64,000 bases of DNA from Macrostomum lignano (Eukaryota). Under the pieces are notes generated by a model, which was not told where the DNA came from, ran no database searches, and saw only the letters and a program-made list of their open reading frames with translations. Below, one piece after another: positions 59,857-64,000 of this stretch. The position numbers were made by a program, and so were the translations under genes. How positions within the stretch are numbered: the stretch's first letter is position 1; each line of letters starts with the position of its first letter. The stretch spans positions 124,001 to 188,000 of the forward strand of contig NIVC01002080.1 in assembly GCA_002269645.1 (NCBI GenBank), in the 5' to 3' direction.

Positions 59857-62114
59857 GCAACTCCTGGGATTCACGGGGAGATTTTCGGCAAGAAGTGATT
59901 GAGCAGTTCCTGGGATTCACGGGAGAATTTCGGCAAGAAGTGAGCAACTCCTGGGATTCATGGGAGAATTTCGGCAAGAAGTGAGTGAGCAACTCCTGGG
60001 ATTCATGGGGAGAATTTCGGCAAGAAGTGAGTGAGAAACTCCTGGGATTCATGGGGAGAATTTCGGCAAGAAGTGATTGAGCAGTTCCTGGGATTCACGG
60101 GGAGAATTTCGGCAAGAAGTGAGTGAGCAACTCCTGGGATTCATGGGGAGAATTTCGGCAAGAAGTGAGTGAGCAACTCCTGGGATTCACGGGGAGAATT
60201 CCGGCAAGAAGTGAGTGAGCAACTCCTGGGATTCATGGGGAGAATTTCGGCAAGAAGTGAGTGAGAAACTCCTGGGATTCATGGGGAGAATTTCGGCAAG
60301 AATTGATTGAGCAGTTCCTGGGATTCACGGGGAGAATTTCGGCAAGAAGTGAGTGAGCAACTCCTGGGATTCATGGGAGGTTTTCGGCAAGAAGTGATTG
60401 AGCAACTCCTGGGATTCATGGGGAGAATTTCGGCAAGAAGTGAGCAACTCCTGGGATTCATGGGGAGAATTTCGGCAAGAAGTGAGTGAGCAACTCCTGG
60501 GATTCATGGGGAGATTTTCGGCAAGAAGTGAGTGAGCAACTCCTGGGATTCATGGGGAGAATTTCGGCAAGAAGTGATTGAGCAGTTCCTGGATTCACGG
60601 GGATAATTTCGGCAAGAAGTGAGTGAGCAACTCCTGGGATTCATGGGGAGAATTTCGGCAAGAAGTGAGTGAGCAACTCCTGGGATTCACGGGGAGAATT
60701 CCGGCAAGAAGTGAGTGAGCAACTCCTGGGATTCATGGGGAGAATTTCGGCAAGAAGTGAGTGAGCAACTCCTGGGATTCATGGGGAGATTTTCGGCAAG
60801 AAGTGAGTGAGCAACTCCTGGGATTCATGGGGAGATTTTCGGCAAGAAGTGATTGAGCAACTCCTGGGATTCATGGGGAGAATTTCGGCAAGAAGTGATT
60901 GAGCAGTTCCTGGGATTCACGGGGAGAATTTCGGCAAGAAGTGAGTGAGCAACTCCTGGGATTCATGGGGAGATTTTCGGCAAGAAGTGATTGAGCAGTT
61001 CCTGGGATTCACGGGGAGTATTTCGGCAAGAAGTGAGTGAGCAACTCCTGGGATTCATGGGGAGATTTTCGGCAAGAAGTGATTGAGAAACTCCTGGGAT
61101 TCATGGGGAGAATTTCGGCAAGAAGTGATTGAGCAGTTCCTGGGATTCACGGGGAGAATTTCGGCAAGAAGTGAGTGAGCAACTCCTGGGATTCATGGGG
61201 AGATTTTCGGCAAGAAGTGAGTGAGCAACTCCTGGGATTCATGGGGAGATTTTCGGCAAGAAGTGAGTGAGCAACTCCTGGGATTCACGGGGAGAATTCC
61301 GGCAAGAAGTGAGTGAGAAACTCCTGGTATTCATGGGGAGAATTTCGGCAAGAAGTGAGTGAGCAACTCCTGGGATTCACGGGGAGAATTCCGGCAAGAA
61401 GTGAGTGAGCAACTCCTGGGATTCATGGGGAGATTTTCGGCAAGAAGTGATTGAGAAACTCCTGGGATTCATGGGGAGAATTTCGGCAAGAAGTGATTGA
61501 GCAGTTCCTGGGATTCACGGGGAGAATTTCGGCAAGAAGTGAGTGAGCAACTCCTGGGATTCATGGGGAGATTTTCGGCAAGAAGTGAGTGAGCAACTCC
61601 TGGGATTCATGGGGAGATTTTCGGCAAGAAGTGAGTGAGCAACTCCTGGGATTCACGGGGAGAATTCCGGCAAGAAGTGAGTGAGAAACTCCTGGTATTC
61701 ATGGGGAGAATTTCGGCAAGAAGTGAGTGAGCAACTCCTGGGATTCACGGGGAGAATTTCGGTAAGAAGTGAGTGAGCAACTCCTGGAATTCATGGGGAG
61801 ATTTTCGGCAAGAAGTGAGTGAGCAACTCCTGGGATTCACGGGGAGAATTTCGGCAAGAAGTGAGCAACTCCTGGGATTCACGGGGAGAATTTCGGCAAG
61901 AAGTGAGTGAGCAACTCCTGGGATTCACGGGAGAATTTCGGCAAGAAGTGAGTGAGCAACTCCTGGGATTCACGGGGAGAATTTCGGCAAGAAGTGAGCA
62001 ACTCCTGGGATTCACGGGGAGAATTTCGGCAAGAAGTGAGTGAGCAACTCCTGGGATTCACGGGGAGAATTTCGGCAAGAAGTGAGTGAGCAACTCCTGG
62101 GATTCATGGGGAGA
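59839..62114 (+). repeat. 42-46-bp minisatellite (AATTTCGGCAAGAAGTGAGTGAGCAACTCCTGGGATTCATGGGGAG)
   Basis: About 50 units. The first unit overlaps the last five codons and stop of the neuropeptide ORF. Confidence 0.97.
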
Positions 62115-62875
62115 AGCAAGAAGCCAATCTTGTCAAGTAACATCCTTCAACAGACTAATTTGAAGTCCTAGCTAGAAAGGCCTATTTGAAATTCAAATTG
62201 AACCTTTTTCATTAAAGTGACTGTGCTGCATAGTTTCTATGGAGTGTCAACAACCACGAGGTCGTATAAACTACTCTAGCGTTAAAATCTAATCTATCCT
62301 CGTAGCTAATCTGATTCGAAAGCAGTTCGAAAAAAGAGCTGTGGTAATTGCAACACAATTTTATCTTTGAATTCCAACTAGGGCGTGGCACAATAGCTAT
62401 TGTGTAAACAAGCTTGAATGAATGATGTAGGTTTAAGGCGGGTGCATTGAAATTTCTGTTACAATCGATATTTTAATTCATTTTGTTCCCACACCCTGTC
62501 CCCTCTGCAATTTCAGGTAGATTGATGATTGCTTGGAGCTCAAAATTCTAACAAGTGGGCGTCTACAAAAACTAAAAAGGAAACTAAGAACTGATCTGAA
62601 CTGCCCAGCAATGTTTAAAAATGGTTTTCTAGTGGCTGCCAACCCCATCCCCGTATCAATTACTACAACTTAAGCGGGTGTTTAATTAGCAGGATTTAAA
62701 TAAACAAAATGAAACAGAAGAGACGCAATTAATTGTTCAGTTTGAAAAGTCCGGAAAATTTATTGCAATAAAGTCGGATGCCAATTCCGATGAAGAGTTT
62801 TTACATCTGCTTTTTTAATTTACCGTTAGAGTTGATCGCTGATCGCAAATGAATGGTTGAAAATTTGACGTACGT

Positions 62876-62925
62876 ACTGTATGATACTGTATGATACTGT
62901 ATGATACTGTATGATACTGTATGAT
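62876..62925 (+). repeat. 10-bp repeat (TACTGTATGA)
   Basis: About 5 units. Confidence 0.9.
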
Positions 62926-63109
62926 ACAGCAGTATGTCATATTGAATGTTATTTTTTAGCCATGAGCTTGTTTTGTGTAATCAAAAACAAAACGGGAGAG
63001 TTTCACAAAGCACTAAATATTTTATGCAAAAGCTCGAATCTTCACAAGCTAAACGCTCAAAACTTCACCAAGGACCACTGCAATTGGCCATATACAGTGG
63101 TCCTTGAAC

Positions 63110-63497
63110 TTCCACGCTCAAAACTTCACACGCTCAAAACTTCACCCGCTCAAAACTTCACCCGCTCAAAACTTCACACGCTCAAAACTTCACCCGCTCA
63201 AAACTGCACCCGCTCAAAACTTCACCCGCTCAAAACTGCACCCGCTCAAAACTTCACCCGCTCAAAACTTCACCCGCTCAAAACTGCACCCGCTCAAAAC
63301 TTCACCCGCTCAAAACTTCACCCGCTCAAAACTTCACCTGCTCAAAACTTCACCCGCTCAAAACTTCACCCGCTCAAAACTTCACCCGCTCAAAACTTTA
63401 CCCGCTCAAAACTTCACCCGCTCAAAACTTCACACGCTCGAAACTTCACCCGCTCGAAACTTCGTGCACAAGCTCAAAACTTCACAAGCTCGAAACT
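63110..63497 (+). repeat. 16-bp minisatellite (CCCGCTCAAAACTTCA)
   Basis: About 24 units. Confidence 0.95.
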
Positions 63498-64000
63498 TCA
63501 TATTCTTCGAAAGTAGTACGAGAAAGTTTTTGGTTTCTATTTGCTTTTTAAGCTGCTCTTGCGAGTAATTTCTGTTGGGATTTATAAATCCGAAAAAATC
63601 TGCAGATTCAGATTTGTCGTAGTTTTTGTAAAGCCAATGCGAAACAATATTGAATCTCGAGGCTAATCGCTTTCCCCTGTTCACGAGTTTCTTGGTTTTC
63701 GAACTTACAAGCTTAAAACTCGCATTAATTACCCGAGTCTGCTCACCGGGTGCTCAGCCAATTGCCAATCGGCGGCAGATTATATGAATGTGACCGACAA
63801 CATTCTTCGACGAATTTACATGTAACCGCGCGGACTACTCAGGTAGTTAGAAAGGGCTACTTAAATAAGGGGTCGGGAAACGGCCTAAGTCATGGTGATA
63901 AAAGCTTTAAACCTGAATGTACGACATTTACAGTTCGATTTTCTAACTCAGAGTCAAGACAATGCTGGTGAACGAGACACATGCACATTTACGATGCATA

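Overview
Animal genomic DNA with GT-AG spliced genes. It has GC-rich, Ala/Gln-rich exons and introns packed with unrelated minisatellites, a style resembling the free-living flatworm Macrostomum (inference, not provable here). Six genes were assembled by hand, all on the + strand: CIAO2B/MIP18 (2 exons), a PAXX/XRCC4-superfamily-like gene (2 exons found), an NFAT5-type Rel-homology factor (8 exons; exons 4 and 7 are absent from the ORF track), a partial divergent class-B (secretin-type) GPCR, a VGLUT/SLC17-like transporter (4 exons) and an amidated neuropeptide precursor. About 22 kb (roughly 35%) is tandem repeat in about 26 arrays, mostly with 10-46 bp units. These arrays explain nearly all long ORFs in the track. 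Also present are a dead mariner, hAT-like non-autonomous elements, two tRNA-derived SINE families, MITEs, strongly CpG-stripped AT-rich domains and a short 28S rDNA-derived fragment. There is no CRISPR array, tRNA gene or rRNA gene. The most interesting signals are: arrays sitting at exon edges, several built from splice-site motifs, one overlapping the neuropeptide's last codons; a VGLUT-like transporter with acidic residues in place of the substrate-site Arg and His; a candidate PAXX homologue; and a 28S fragment scarred at the R2/I-PpoI target site.
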